64,000 nucleotides of DNA from a virus (taxonomy: Duplodnaviria; Heunggongvirae; Uroviricota; Caudoviricetes): the IMG/VR virus record IMGVR_UViG_3300047202_000291, one strand, 5' to 3'. The position numbers and the translations under genes are program-made. The notes below the pieces were generated by a model that saw only the letters and a list, made by a program, of their open reading frames with translations, ran no database searches and was not told the origin of the DNA. Positions 28,175 to 37,634 of this stretch are shown piece by piece; positions within the stretch are counted from its first letter, which is position 1; every line of letters starts with the position of its first letter.

Positions 28175-28906
28175 ATGTCGCACTTTGTAATGGGTGTAGT
28201 TGTGCCTGGAGATGAGCCATTGACTTTTGTTGATGATGCTCTTGCTCCTTTTGACGAGGCTCTTGTTGTAAAGCCTTATAAAAGGAAGTGTTGGTGTATT
28301 GGTAAGGAGGCAGAAGCGGCAATCGCAAAAGAAGGCACCGAAATATATGGATCTTGGGATGACCTGAGGACTAAGTTCCATGCACAGGAACAGATAAGGC
28401 AGGTAAAAAAAGAACAGGAAAAACTTTATAATAAGCCAAAAGAGGCCAAAAGATATTCTGAAATCGAGGCTTCAATTCAGAAGCAATGGGAAGCTTTCAT
28501 TAAGCCAAAATTAGATTTCGAAAAAAAGTGTTTGAGAGACCATCCTGGAAAAAATTCTCCGATGAAAAATTGTGAATCTTGCAAAGGGACAGGTAAGGAG
28601 ACCGTGACCTATAATCCGAAGTCAAAATGGGATTGGTATGAAGTCGGCGGTCGTTGGGATGGCTTCTTAAGTAAGACCAATGTGACGACTGTGAAGGAAC
28701 ACCTTAAGCAGTTGAAGAAAGCCTTTGACGCTAAAGTTTGTTTCGGCTATTTGGTTGATGGTGAATGGATTGAAAAAGGAGATATGGGTTACTGGGGTAT
28801 GGTTGCTAATGAAAAAAGTGAGCAGGTAATTCGTAAGAAATTCCTTTCATTGCTTGAGGGGTTAAATCCAGATGATAGGATAGTGGCAGTTGATTGTCAC
28901 ATATAG
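28175..28906 (+). CDS. Hypothetical protein
   Basis: SD GGAGGAGGTG upstream. Confidence 0.6.
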   Translation: MSHFVMGVVVPGDEPLTFVDDALAPFDEALVVKPYKRKCWCIGKEAEAAIAKEGTEIYGSWDDLRTKFHAQEQIRQVKKEQEKLYNKPKEAKRYSEIEASIQKQWEAFIKPKLDFEKKCLRDHPGKNSPMKNCESCKGTGKETVTYNPKSKWDWYEVGGRWDGFLSKTNVTTVKEHLKQLKKAFDAKVCFGYLVDGEWIEKGDMGYWGMVANEKSEQVIRKKFLSLLEGLNPDDRIVAVDCHI

Positions 28907-28916
28907 AGGTGAAGCT

Positions 28917-29123
28917 ATGCCTAAATTGTTGTTAGTTTTGGAAGCTCCGATAAAAATCTTTAAAGAACGAGATGTCTATCAGGTTTATAGGGTTTGGGCT
29001 AATGGCGTGCTTGCTCGATACGGATACGGTAAGACCAGAAAAGAAGCCATAGAAGTTGCTAAGAAGTTATTCATAGAATCGAAAAGAGGCAAAGCCGTCT
29101 CTTGTAAATATGTGGGTGATTGA
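28917..29123 (+). CDS. Hypothetical protein
   Basis: ATG at 28917. Confidence 0.5.
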   Translation: MPKLLLVLEAPIKIFKERDVYQVYRVWANGVLARYGYGKTRKEAIEVAKKLFIESKRGKAVSCKYVGD

Positions 29124-29276
29124 ATGATAAAGCCAAAGATAAACTATGCGAAGCTGATACTTGAGATACCGATATATTGGGGTATTGATGACGATGGCAA
29201 TATATTTGATGAAGAGGAGATGACAGAGGACTTTCAGCAGTTGCTGAAAAAGTTAAATCCAAAGAAGGTGAAATAG
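29124..29276 (+). CDS. Small acidic protein (50 aa)
   Basis: ATG ORF on the + strand. Confidence 0.35.
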   Translation: MIKPKINYAKLILEIPIYWGIDDDGNIFDEEEMTEDFQQLLKKLNPKKVK

Positions 29277-29419
29277 TGCCGACTTATGTGTATGTTGAGA
29301 AGAATGGAAATGCTTCATTAATACTTAGTGCAGATGCTGAAGAAGAAGCCGAAGCTTATCTTGGGGCTGTTGTTAAGCTTCCTGTTGAGTGGCGGCTCGA
29401 ATCAGTTGAGGTGGAATAG

Positions 29420-29650
29420 ATGTGCAATCGATACGAGACAAATCTTGAATCTTGGGAATCGAGTTTGAGCGATAGGCTCGATAAGCTTCTGGATGAAGAG
29501 ACTTTGGCTTTCATCAAGGCTTGTAAAGCTGACGGTGGAGAATCTGAGCCAGATGCTTTTGTTAATCCAGATATGGAGGCGGCTCAAAAAGATACTCTTG
29601 TAGCCATACAGCGATGGTTCGACGATAAAAAGGATGTCTTGCAAGTGTGA
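29420..29650 (+). CDS. Hypothetical protein
   Basis: ATG ORF on the + strand. Confidence 0.5.
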   Translation: MCNRYETNLESWESSLSDRLDKLLDEETLAFIKACKADGGESEPDAFVNPDMEAAQKDTLVAIQRWFDDKKDVLQV

Positions 29651-29659
29651 GGTGGAAAT

Positions 29660-29932
29660 ATGAACTTTATGAATATAAATGGCTTGGCAATTAAGTTCGA
29701 TGGAGATAGGCTTACTATTGAGGGCTTAAAGAAAGGCTCAGGTAAATCTATTAAGATTGATAAGGATGGGATAATCACTGGTGATGTCACTGGCGATGTT
29801 CAGGTCATAGGTAATAATGTTATTTTGAATATCGAAGGAGATGTGACTGGGAATATTGTCGGAGCGCGTGAAGTGAAGGTTCACGGTGACGTGACTGGGA
29901 ATATCTCTGCTGGAAAAGTTAGCAAATGGTGA
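29660..29932 (+). CDS. Bactofilin-like beta-helix repeat protein
   Basis: Repeated GDVTGDV / GDVTGNI / GDVTGNIS units. Confidence 0.55.
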   Translation: MNFMNINGLAIKFDGDRLTIEGLKKGSGKSIKIDKDGIITGDVTGDVQVIGNNVILNIEGDVTGNIVGAREVKVHGDVTGNISAGKVSKW

Positions 29933-29941
29933 GGCGAAATA

Positions 29942-30208
29942 ATGTGTAAAAGAAGTTCTTGGAAAGAAGTTCGCGGCGTATTAGTAAAGAAAGTAAAGGT
30001 TGCAGGATATGGAATGGTGTTGGTAAAACTTCCTTCCAGATATATGAGCCTCCACATACCTATGGGCGATGGAGAAGACAAAAAGATGTTCGATGAATTA
30101 GTATATTATAATCAAAGACTATATAATGGAAAAGATGAACAAACAATAAAAGGAAATGTTACAAAATTCATAAAAGAATACAAAGCAAGAAAGTGTGAGG
30201 TGGTATGA
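29942..30208 (+). CDS. Hypothetical protein
   Basis: ATG ORF on the + strand. Confidence 0.5.
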   Translation: MCKRSSWKEVRGVLVKKVKVAGYGMVLVKLPSRYMSLHIPMGDGEDKKMFDELVYYNQRLYNGKDEQTIKGNVTKFIKEYKARKCEVV

Positions 30209-30444
30209 TGAGGGAAATAAAATCAAAAGGCGAATTGGCCGTGTTCATTAACACGTCGAACTGCACTCAGCCTACAAGGCTGTTTTGTTGCGATAGGGTT
30301 GAGCTTGCAGGTAACCACTTGTTCTTTTATAGCAAGGAAACTTTATTGATGAAAGTCTGGTTAAAGGATGAGCTTGTTAGGATAGATGATGCTCTTGTGC
30401 GTGTTGGAATATTTGTAAATGATTTTGGTGAGAAGCTTGGATGA
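30205..30444 (+). CDS. Hypothetical protein
   Basis: ATGA overlap with the upstream gene. Confidence 0.5.
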   Translation: MMREIKSKGELAVFINTSNCTQPTRLFCCDRVELAGNHLFFYSKETLLMKVWLKDELVRIDDALVRVGIFVNDFGEKLG

Positions 30445-30610
30445 AGAAAAATATGTCGCAGTTTTGTGGCTGTTTGAGCAAGGAGAACTTAGTGATATAA
30501 AAAAGCATATGGGTAAAACTCCTTCAAGAGAAGATTTAATTACTCTTGTTGAGGATATACTTGAGCGGTATGGTAATATGGAATATTACGATTTAGAGGT
30601 GTTAGATTGA
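30419..30610 (+). CDS. Hypothetical protein
   Basis: ATG ORF on the + strand. Confidence 0.4.
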   Translation: MILVRSLDEEKYVAVLWLFEQGELSDIKKHMGKTPSREDLITLVEDILERYGNMEYYDLEVLD

Positions 30611-30795
30611 ATTGTCCAAAATGCAGAAAGAAGTTGTCTCGGGTTAATGTCATTTCCCAATGCTGGCAGAAGGCTTGGGTTGATGATAAAGGGAAGATAA
30701 CAGAGTATGGTTCTGTCGAGGAAATTACAGACACTCTTTTTATAGAGTGTCCAGATTGCTTTGCAAAACTTGATAAGGTGGTCAAGGAAGATTGA
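30607..30795 (+). CDS. Zinc-ribbon protein
   Basis: CPKC...CPDC; TTG start. Confidence 0.5.
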   Translation: MNCPKCRKKLSRVNVISQCWQKAWVDDKGKITEYGSVEEITDTLFIECPDCFAKLDKVVKED

Positions 30796-30805
30796 GGTGG
30801 TTTTG

Positions 30806-30964
30806 ATGAAAGGAAGGCTGACTTTTGATGATGTTGTTAATAATATTCGTGAAGCATTAACCGGGATGGATGGTGATGAAGTGGCTGATGCGAATAACTA
30901 TATTTCTTCAGAGATTGAGTATGTTGAAGATAATGTTTGGAGATATAAAGTGAGAGAGGAATAA
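30806..30964 (+). CDS. Hypothetical protein
   Basis: ATG after GAGGTGG. Confidence 0.45.
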   Translation: MKGRLTFDDVVNNIREALTGMDGDEVADANNYISSEIEYVEDNVWRYKVREE

Positions 30965-30967
30965 GAA

Positions 30968-32218
30968 ATGGTTGACGAAAATCTCCTTAAAAGCATCAAG
31001 CGTTGTAAGATTGCTTTGCAAAGAGACTATCCTTTTTTCTCAGATCTGCTTTTCTTTATTACTGTGAAAGAGGGTAATGATGAAGTTCCGACAGCTAAGA
31101 TTGATATTCATGGTAACTTGACTTATAATTCGAAGTTTATGGCAGGTCTGAATGATGATGAGAAGAAAGTAGTGATTTGTCATGAAACACTTCATTCGGG
31201 TCTTTTGCATCTCGCAAGGGGTCACAGTATTGTGCAGTCCCCAGAATATTGGGAAATATATAATATTGCCGCAGATGCCGTGACTAATTATATTCTTGCC
31301 GAGAATGGCTTTATGTTTTCTAAGAAGATAACTTCAATCATTCCAGATGTATATGGGAATAATGTTCAGCTCAAGACAGAAAGTGGGACTCTACTCTATA
31401 CTGTTGAAAAGATTAAGGAGAAGACCGTTGAGAAGGTATTTCATGAATTGTGTAAGAATCTCCCGATTACTTATATTAAGGTTCATATAGTCGGTGCTAA
31501 AGGAGATGGATCCGGCATAAAGAGATTCGATATTCATGGCTTTGGCGAAGGCAAAGAGGCTTCTCAAAAAGCAGAAAAGGAATGGAAGCAAAGGCTCATA
31601 AATGCAGTTGCCCGTGCAAAAAGTATAGGTAAGCTTCCTTCAGGAATAGATCGATATGTCGATAAGATTCTTGAGCCGAAAGTTAGATGGCAGGATATTC
31701 TTTATAGGTTCATTACAGAGCAGATGCCTCATGATTATACATATAGGCGCCCTCATAAGCGTTCAGAAGTTCTTGGCTATTATGTTCCGAGTTATGTCAA
31801 GGAGATGCTCAGGGTTGCTTCATTTATAGATACCTCAGGCTCTATTTCACAGCAAGCTATTGCTGAGTTTAAGGCAGAGAATGTCGGCATAGCTCGTGCC
31901 TTTGAGTCCGTCCAGATTCACCTTGGCTATATTGATGTTCAAGTTCACGATGTTCTTGAGGTCACCAATGGCAATACAGATAAGATTGTTGATTTTGTGC
32001 CAAAAGGTGGCGGTGGAACAGACATGCGTAATGTATTTACCTGGCTCGATAGGAATCTTCCAGATGCCGAGCTTGTTGTTATTTTCACAGATGGTTACAC
32101 GCCTTGGCCTAAGCCAGAGCAAATCTGTCAAAGAAAAGTCCTTTGGCTAGTTAATACTAATGAAAAAGTTCCTTCGGGAATCGGTGAGGTGATTCGATAT
32201 GACAGTGAACAGCTTTGA
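30968..32218 (+). CDS. VWA-domain protein with an N-terminal HExxH putative metallopeptidase domain (DUF2201-like); MoxR partner
   Basis: HETLHSGLLH (HExxH). MIDAS DTSGS...GGGTD...TDGY. Confidence 0.75.
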   Translation: MVDENLLKSIKRCKIALQRDYPFFSDLLFFITVKEGNDEVPTAKIDIHGNLTYNSKFMAGLNDDEKKVVICHETLHSGLLHLARGHSIVQSPEYWEIYNIAADAVTNYILAENGFMFSKKITSIIPDVYGNNVQLKTESGTLLYTVEKIKEKTVEKVFHELCKNLPITYIKVHIVGAKGDGSGIKRFDIHGFGEGKEASQKAEKEWKQRLINAVARAKSIGKLPSGIDRYVDKILEPKVRWQDILYRFITEQMPHDYTYRRPHKRSEVLGYYVPSYVKEMLRVASFIDTSGSISQQAIAEFKAENVGIARAFESVQIHLGYIDVQVHDVLEVTNGNTDKIVDFVPKGGGGTDMRNVFTWLDRNLPDAELVVIFTDGYTPWPKPEQICQRKVLWLVNTNEKVPSGIGEVIRYDSEQL

Positions 32219-32348
32219 TGAATTGAAGAAGCATATAGGCCATGCAGTTTGCATTGTCGGTTACGGAAAGAAGGGCAAGCAGCCTTGGCAAAGCGTGTGT
32301 GTTGAATGCGAGACTTGCCAGGAAGTTTTAATGGAGATGAAGAAATGA
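32199..32348 (+). CDS. Small Cys-rich protein (49 aa)
   Basis: SD GAGGTGA upstream. CVEC..C. Confidence 0.45.
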   Translation: MTVNSFDELKKHIGHAVCIVGYGKKGKQPWQSVCVECETCQEVLMEMKK

Positions 32349-32587
32349 AAATACACTTTTTAAGACCAGAAGTTAAAATTGTTAAACGTAAAATCGTTAA
32401 ACTCGACACATATATAAATATGTGTGGACAACCAGTTTCTTATCCCGGAACTAAGAATGAAATGGAAGTGACTTGTAAAATGTGTTTGAAAATGATAGCA
32501 CATAGAGCACGATATAAACCAATTTTTGATTGGGCTATTGTAGAATATGGGTCTATTGAAAATGCTCTTGATGCAGTTATGAGGTGA
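32345..32587 (+). CDS. Zinc-ribbon-like protein
   Basis: ATG at 32345. CGQP...CKMC. Confidence 0.5.
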   Translation: MKIHFLRPEVKIVKRKIVKLDTYINMCGQPVSYPGTKNEMEVTCKMCLKMIAHRARYKPIFDWAIVEYGSIENALDAVMR

Positions 32588-32861
32588 CGAAGATGAGGGT
32601 CTGTGAGATTTGCGGAAAGACACCAGCTCTTATTTATTACAAGAAGAGTGTGTCTCTGGTTCCTTTAAAGCAAGTGTATCGTTGTTGAGGAGCATAATGG
32701 TGGTGATGATTTATGAGTTGTGATGATTGCGAGGAGTTTCAGAAAACGGGCGATGTCTATTACTTTCGTTGGGGTGTTGCTAATATAGGTATAATTTGTT
32801 GCGACAAACATTTTAGGGAAATAAGGGATGTGTTAATTAAAGCACAAAAGAGGGATGGAAG

Positions 32862-33173
32862 ATGCCATTGAAATTATCAGATGAGGATAAGAAGTCAATT
32901 AGGGCTGAGTTTTTGAAGAGTGATTATGCAGTTCGCAAGACCTTTATAGGTAGCGAAGCGACCAAGCTTTATTCATTGGAGCATCAAAGAAACGAGATTA
33001 TTCATGCGTGTGCTAACGAATGGTTGCGTGTGTGTAAGATAGATAAGGCTTTCTTCTGGAAGGTCGGCATTAGCACAGCCTTGTATGACTTGCTTGGTGG
33101 TTATGATCATAATGCAAGTTTGGCTGCGGCAAAGGCTTTCCTTGAGGAATATGGCTTCGAGGTGAAAGGATGA
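32862..33173 (+). CDS. Hypothetical protein
   Basis: ATG ORF on the + strand. Confidence 0.55.
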   Translation: MPLKLSDEDKKSIRAEFLKSDYAVRKTFIGSEATKLYSLEHQRNEIIHACANEWLRVCKIDKAFFWKVGISTALYDLLGGYDHNASLAAAKAFLEEYGFEVKG

Positions 33174-33340
33174 GGCAAGATAAAAAAGGAAATTTTATTA
33201 CTTTGGAAGAAGATATTCAAAGGATATGGGGTTTGCATGCATGGTCTGGTCGTGAAGCAATGGGAAGTTTCGAGCCATAGATTGCTTAGTTCTGATGAAA
33301 CGACTTGGATAATTAAAGCAAAACCAGCAAAGGTGAAGAA

Positions 33341-33670
33341 ATGAGCAAGTTCAATCCGGGGGATGTGCTCGTTGGGCTTCCATCTTCGGACTTTGAGTAT
33401 CAGAAAACCAATAGCCATACGCTTTTGAAAGTGGAGTTTATTCCTTTAATTGTTGATCGTGATAAGGAGATAATAAAGAATAAGATGTTTGTTTCAATCA
33501 TTATGTTTGAGGATCGTGAGCCATCTGGCGAAGAAAAGAAGACTCACTATCCTGTGGACGATTCATTTTTCCGTTTTGCAACTAAATCAGATAGGGCGAG
33601 ATTCTTGATCAGTCAGCTTGTGAGTTCAGAAAGAAGACAGAGTAGCAGGTTCGCTGCTTTATTTGGGTGA
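33341..33670 (+). CDS. Hypothetical protein
   Basis: ATG ORF on the + strand. Confidence 0.55.
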   Translation: MSKFNPGDVLVGLPSSDFEYQKTNSHTLLKVEFIPLIVDRDKEIIKNKMFVSIIMFEDREPSGEEKKTHYPVDDSFFRFATKSDRARFLISQLVSSERRQSSRFAALFG

Positions 33671-33674
33671 TTAA

Positions 33675-34070
33675 ATGAAAGTCGGAAAGCTTGAAAATGT
33701 CAGCAAAGGTGATTTCCTGAAAATAACTTGGCTCGGCCTTGATGAGAAAGTCGGTCCCGGAAAGAAGTCCAGAAAAATGAGCACCTTTTATATTATAGGG
33801 CAAGTCCGCGATATTGGGATTAAAACTGTGCATAGGGCTACGAGTTTTGCAGCCGTGCCGATGCTTTCTTTTGAGATTCTTTTTTCAAGCTACGGATATG
33901 TTAAGAAAGGTGATGAAGTTGAGATGAATATCCTTAAGATAAATCGTGACCTTTTATTGAGGCCACTTCAAAGGCTTCAAAATCTTGTCGGTAGATTTCC
34001 AGATTGGAGGTTTTATTATGTTGATGTTGAGTTAATCTCGAAAAAGCAGGCTCTGATTTATGAATTATAA
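33675..34070 (+). CDS. Hypothetical protein
   Basis: ATG ORF on the + strand. Confidence 0.6.
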   Translation: MKVGKLENVSKGDFLKITWLGLDEKVGPGKKSRKMSTFYIIGQVRDIGIKTVHRATSFAAVPMLSFEILFSSYGYVKKGDEVEMNILKINRDLLLRPLQRLQNLVGRFPDWRFYYVDVELISKKQALIYEL

Positions 34071-34088
34071 AAAAGATAAAAAGCAAAA

Positions 34089-34107
34089 AGCGAAACATTT
34101 ATATATG
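34089..34107 (+). promoter_or_regulatory. Archaeal-type BRE/TATA promoter AGCGAAACATTTATATATG; near-leaderless start at ATG 34132
   Basis: BRE-like GCGAAA plus TATA TTTATATA sit 27 nt before the ATG. The same 17-mer recurs at 52879. Confidence 0.5.
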
Positions 34108-34131
34108 TTATAGCATTTAGTGAGGTTTAAG

Positions 34132-34500
34132 ATGACAAAGATTTTTGAATTTAAAAAAAAGAAGAAGCTGTCGGGAGAAGAAATGAAGACACTCGTTCAA
34201 GAAAATTTGGATAAGATGTCTCGGGACGAAATTGAAAAGATTCTCGTCGAGGATTTTAATTCTATATTTTCAAATTTCAAGGAATTTACCTGCGTTTGGT
34301 CTTTCTTTAATTTCTTGATCGACAAGCGTAAGGAAAAAGTATTTGCTACGACAAGAGATTCTCTTGTCGGAAAGCATAAGGCTAATTTTGAGAAGCAGTA
34401 TGGTATTAAGATTATTTTCATAGAGGTGGATAAAAATGGAAATAAAAAAGAAAATAACTCTAAGCTTGACGAAAAGGAAAGGCCGTTTTATTGCTCATAG
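34132..34500 (+). CDS. Lys-rich hypothetical protein
   Basis: ATG at 34132 downstream of the TATA element. Confidence 0.55.
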   Translation: MTKIFEFKKKKKLSGEEMKTLVQENLDKMSRDEIEKILVEDFNSIFSNFKEFTCVWSFFNFLIDKRKEKVFATTRDSLVGKHKANFEKQYGIKIIFIEVDKNGNKKENNSKLDEKERPFYCS

Positions 34501-34696
34501 TGCGATGGCTTTGTCAATGATGCTTGGTACTTCGGCCGCAGGTGGTAATCAGCATTTATATAAGGTTGAGAAAGTCAAGGGCGGTTGGGCTGTTCCAAAA
34601 GAAATTGTTCAGGACAGGTTGCGTGAGCTTAGGCAAAGGCGTGTGGAAATCAATGATAAAATTGACATCATTGAGCAGATATTGAAAGGTGAATAA
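34436..34696 (+). CDS. Hypothetical protein
   Basis: SD GAGGTGG upstream; overlaps the upstream gene by 65 nt. Confidence 0.5.
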   Translation: MEIKKKITLSLTKRKGRFIAHSAMALSMMLGTSAAGGNQHLYKVEKVKGGWAVPKEIVQDRLRELRQRRVEINDKIDIIEQILKGE

Positions 34697-34705
34697 GGTG
34701 AAATT

Positions 34706-35098
34706 ATGAAAGGGGCTGTTGTTTTGGCGTTGATTGCATTGGTTGTTGCATTATTGGCTTTATGTAATCCTCATTTTGAAAAGCAAAGGCTTTCAGTCAC
34801 AAAGACTTTAGAAGCAGGAGAATATTTGTGTGTATCTGACTGGTGTTCAAGAATAGCTTACAGATATGAAATAGAGTCTTTTGATTGCGTTCAAAATTCA
34901 GTGGTTGGGTATTATTATGATCCCTTGGGTCCTTTAATCCCTAAACATTGTTCTTCTTATTGGGAGAAACAGCATAGTGGTTATTCTCCTCGATACGATC
35001 CAATGATAGCTTGTAATTATGGGAAGCAGTTTAGAGTAGAGTTTGGCGTATGTGTTGTTAAGGCTTATAGAAACTCATATGTGTTAAGGTGGTTCTAA
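34706..35098 (+). CDS. Secreted Cys-rich protein
   Basis: Signal peptide; six Cys. Confidence 0.55.
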   Translation: MKGAVVLALIALVVALLALCNPHFEKQRLSVTKTLEAGEYLCVSDWCSRIAYRYEIESFDCVQNSVVGYYYDPLGPLIPKHCSSYWEKQHSGYSPRYDPMIACNYGKQFRVEFGVCVVKAYRNSYVLRWF

Positions 35099-35296
35099 AA
35101 GTGATACGAGGAAATTTTATAGGGGTCGCAATTGTGGCGGCAGTGAATGTTATTATAATAGATTTGGGCGGATTCAGGAACTTATCTCGAGTGCATTTAA
35201 TAATATTGAATGTAGTCTTGGATTTTTTGATAATCCTATTTATGGCATTAGCATTTAAGTAAAAAAATAATGGGGGTGAACTGAGAGATGGGATTG

Positions 35297-35446
35297 ATGA
35301 AACAGCTTGATGAGCTAAATAAAATCAAGAAAGATATTGGGGATAAATGGTTAACTAACGTCAAGGAAGATTCTGAGAAGCTGAAAAAGCTGAAAGAGAA
35401 GACTAGCGATAAGGCAACAGAAGTAATCATTAAGGTGATAAAATGA
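35297..35446 (+). CDS. Small Lys-rich coiled-coil protein (49 aa)
   Basis: ATGA overlap with the next gene. Confidence 0.45.
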   Translation: MKQLDELNKIKKDIGDKWLTNVKEDSEKLKKLKEKTSDKATEVIIKVIK

Positions 35447-36120
35447 ATAAATTGACTTTGCAGAAAGTCGAACAGATGGCAGTCGAGTGCCTTGAGAAAA
35501 CAGGGAAGCATTCACCGCAGATTATGGTGGAAACTCCGCAGGGCGTGGTGATGGTTGTTCTTTGTTTTCGGACTATTGGCGAGAAAAAGCAGATACACGA
35601 ATCAATTAGGACTTTGGTTCAGAGAAGTGGAGTAAATAACTATTTTTATGTGACGGAGGCCTGGATGACGAAACAGACAAAGGACAATCCCGTAATGAGC
35701 CCATCAAGATCCGTTGATAGAAAAGAAGTCCTTATGATTGCTGAATTCAAACGGGATGGTTTCGGTAAGAGTATAATGCGTGAATTCAAGCGAAAGGACG
35801 ATAAAATAATCTGGCAAGAGCGTGCAGTTCAAAAGAATAATGAGGCATCATCCTTCGTGGATTTCTTTTCAGATCCGGATGCAGTCCGTAGCAAGATGAA
35901 CGAAGGTGCGTTTCAGCATAATAAGGAATATATGGAGAATTTCTCTAAGCAGCTTTTCAAGAAATATGGTGCTGAATTTGAGAAATGTGTAAATAAGGAA
36001 GATGAAGCTGGATTCAAAGAATTAATGAAAAAGATTATGAGTGAAATGGATAAGGAAGTAACGAGAATAAATTTAATGAAATTAGAAGATCCGGAGGTTA
36101 ATCAAGATGATGAGAACTAA
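35443..36120 (+). CDS. Hypothetical protein
   Basis: ATG ORF on the + strand. Confidence 0.6.
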   Translation: MNKLTLQKVEQMAVECLEKTGKHSPQIMVETPQGVVMVVLCFRTIGEKKQIHESIRTLVQRSGVNNYFYVTEAWMTKQTKDNPVMSPSRSVDRKEVLMIAEFKRDGFGKSIMREFKRKDDKIIWQERAVQKNNEASSFVDFFSDPDAVRSKMNEGAFQHNKEYMENFSKQLFKKYGAEFEKCVNKEDEAGFKELMKKIMSEMDKEVTRINLMKLEDPEVNQDDEN

Positions 36121-36331
36121 GATAGAGGTTGATGGAATTATCATCACCAATCGAAAAGATATTCGAAAAGTCTTTAAAGCAATCGAGCAAACAGGAATGG
36201 ATTTTAATTATTCTGCCATCGCCAAGAAGCTTGATAAGTCAGTTAGCACAATTTATGATGTCTTGAAAAAATTCAAAGAAAGAAATGACATTGAGCTCTT
36301 AATAAAAGTCAAGGGCGCATTTGTGAGGTAA
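36107..36331 (+). CDS. HTH DNA-binding protein
   Basis: YSAIAKKLDKSVSTIYDVLKKF helix-turn-helix. Confidence 0.55.
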   Translation: MMRTKIEVDGIIITNRKDIRKVFKAIEQTGMDFNYSAIAKKLDKSVSTIYDVLKKFKERNDIELLIKVKGAFVR

Positions 36332-36335
36332 AACT

Positions 36336-36659
36336 ATGGAAAAGTGCCAAATTTGTGCAGATCGAAGGCATCTTGTAAAAGAGCTTATTAGTCAGGGGAA
36401 GAAGCAATCATATGAAAGGCGCAATGCTGGTAAGGATGCTTTTGATTCGCAAAGGGGTTGTCCGATTCCAGGATCCGGGGTAAGGAGCCAGCTCAAGGAA
36501 TGTTGTGATGGTGTGGTCGGCAGTTTTTCAGATCATTTCCTTGGAGACAGAGTAAAGAAGCACCATCATGTTTGTGTCAAGTGCGGGAAGCGTTTTCCTA
36601 TTCAAGGAAGCTACGATGGTGATTTCGTGAACGATGATTTAACAGGTGAGGCCCAATGA
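36336..36659 (+). CDS. Cys/His-rich zinc-binding protein
   Basis: CQIC...C...CVKCG. Confidence 0.5.
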   Translation: MEKCQICADRRHLVKELISQGKKQSYERRNAGKDAFDSQRGCPIPGSGVRSQLKECCDGVVGSFSDHFLGDRVKKHHHVCVKCGKRFPIQGSYDGDFVNDDLTGEAQ

Positions 36660-36829
36660 AGACAGATTTCAATAAACAGGACTTTGTAGACTGGCTCAGC
36701 AACGAGTGTGACTATTATAAAGATAAGGCAGATGATAGTGAAGAGAGTTTTGAAGAAAGAAAATTTGCGAAGAATGTTCTCTATGGGATAAATAAAGTTC
36801 TTGGTCTAATAGCCAAAGGGAGATTTTGA
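36656..36829 (+). CDS. Small acidic protein (57 aa)
   Basis: ATGA overlap with the upstream gene. Confidence 0.45.
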   Translation: MKTDFNKQDFVDWLSNECDYYKDKADDSEESFEERKFAKNVLYGINKVLGLIAKGRF

Positions 36830-36830
36830 A

Positions 36831-37067
36831 ATGATACCGTTTAAATTGCCAAAGTTGCCAAGGGGCGTTCAGATAATAGAAGTCGAGAGCATGAATCTCA
36901 TTGAGAAGGATGTTATCTTCGTGAAGAATATAGATGACTTTCTTTTCCTGTTAGGGGATAGTATGACCGTGTTTAGGCTCAATAATCTGCTTTATGCTAT
37001 GAGCGCTCATGTCGCATATGTGTATGATGCGGCCGGTAATAAAAAAAATGATAAAAATATGTCCTGA
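36831..37067 (+). CDS. Hypothetical protein
   Basis: ATG ORF on the + strand. Confidence 0.5.
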   Translation: MIPFKLPKLPRGVQIIEVESMNLIEKDVIFVKNIDDFLFLLGDSMTVFRLNNLLYAMSAHVAYVYDAAGNKKNDKNMS

Positions 37068-37075
37068 GGTAGAAG

Positions 37076-37633
37076 ATGACGAAGAGGAAAAATAAAGAAG
37101 ATTGGATCGACCTGAGTTATAAAATAGCAAAGATAGTTGATAGAAAAACAGGCAGAATGTATAATGAATATCAGTTTGCCTTGAAGATGTATAAAGGGGG
37201 TGCGATTCTTTATGCTGATTTGGAGGGAATTTCTCTTTGTACTAATGGGGAATATTATCTCATAGATAAGTGTGGTAATTCAGTTTATATAGATAGGGCC
37301 AAATATAAGCTTTGGATTAATTATGGTGAATGTGCCGAGATGAGTAGGGATGACCTGGCTTTTAGATGTAGGTGTCTTTCTGTTAATGTTGGTGCTCTTG
37401 GAAGTATTAATTTTGATCTGAAAAGTCAGATAAGACTTCTTCAGCGAAAGGTAACTAAATTGGAAGCTAGGAATAATTATCTCGTTCAGCAGTCTGGCCA
37501 TAAGGAGAAACAGGGCTATGAGAAAATGAAGATTCCCGGGAGATTTTCTGCTTCAAAGTCAAGAAGAGATTATGGTGTTAGGAAATATAATGAGCGGGAA
37601 AAAGAAAGAAAAGTAAAGGAAATGGTGGAATGA
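37076..37633 (+). CDS. Hypothetical protein
   Basis: ATG ORF on the + strand. Confidence 0.6.
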   Translation: MTKRKNKEDWIDLSYKIAKIVDRKTGRMYNEYQFALKMYKGGAILYADLEGISLCTNGEYYLIDKCGNSVYIDRAKYKLWINYGECAEMSRDDLAFRCRCLSVNVGALGSINFDLKSQIRLLQRKVTKLEARNNYLVQQSGHKEKQGYEKMKIPGRFSASKSRRDYGVRKYNEREKERKVKEMVE

Positions 37634-37634
37634 T

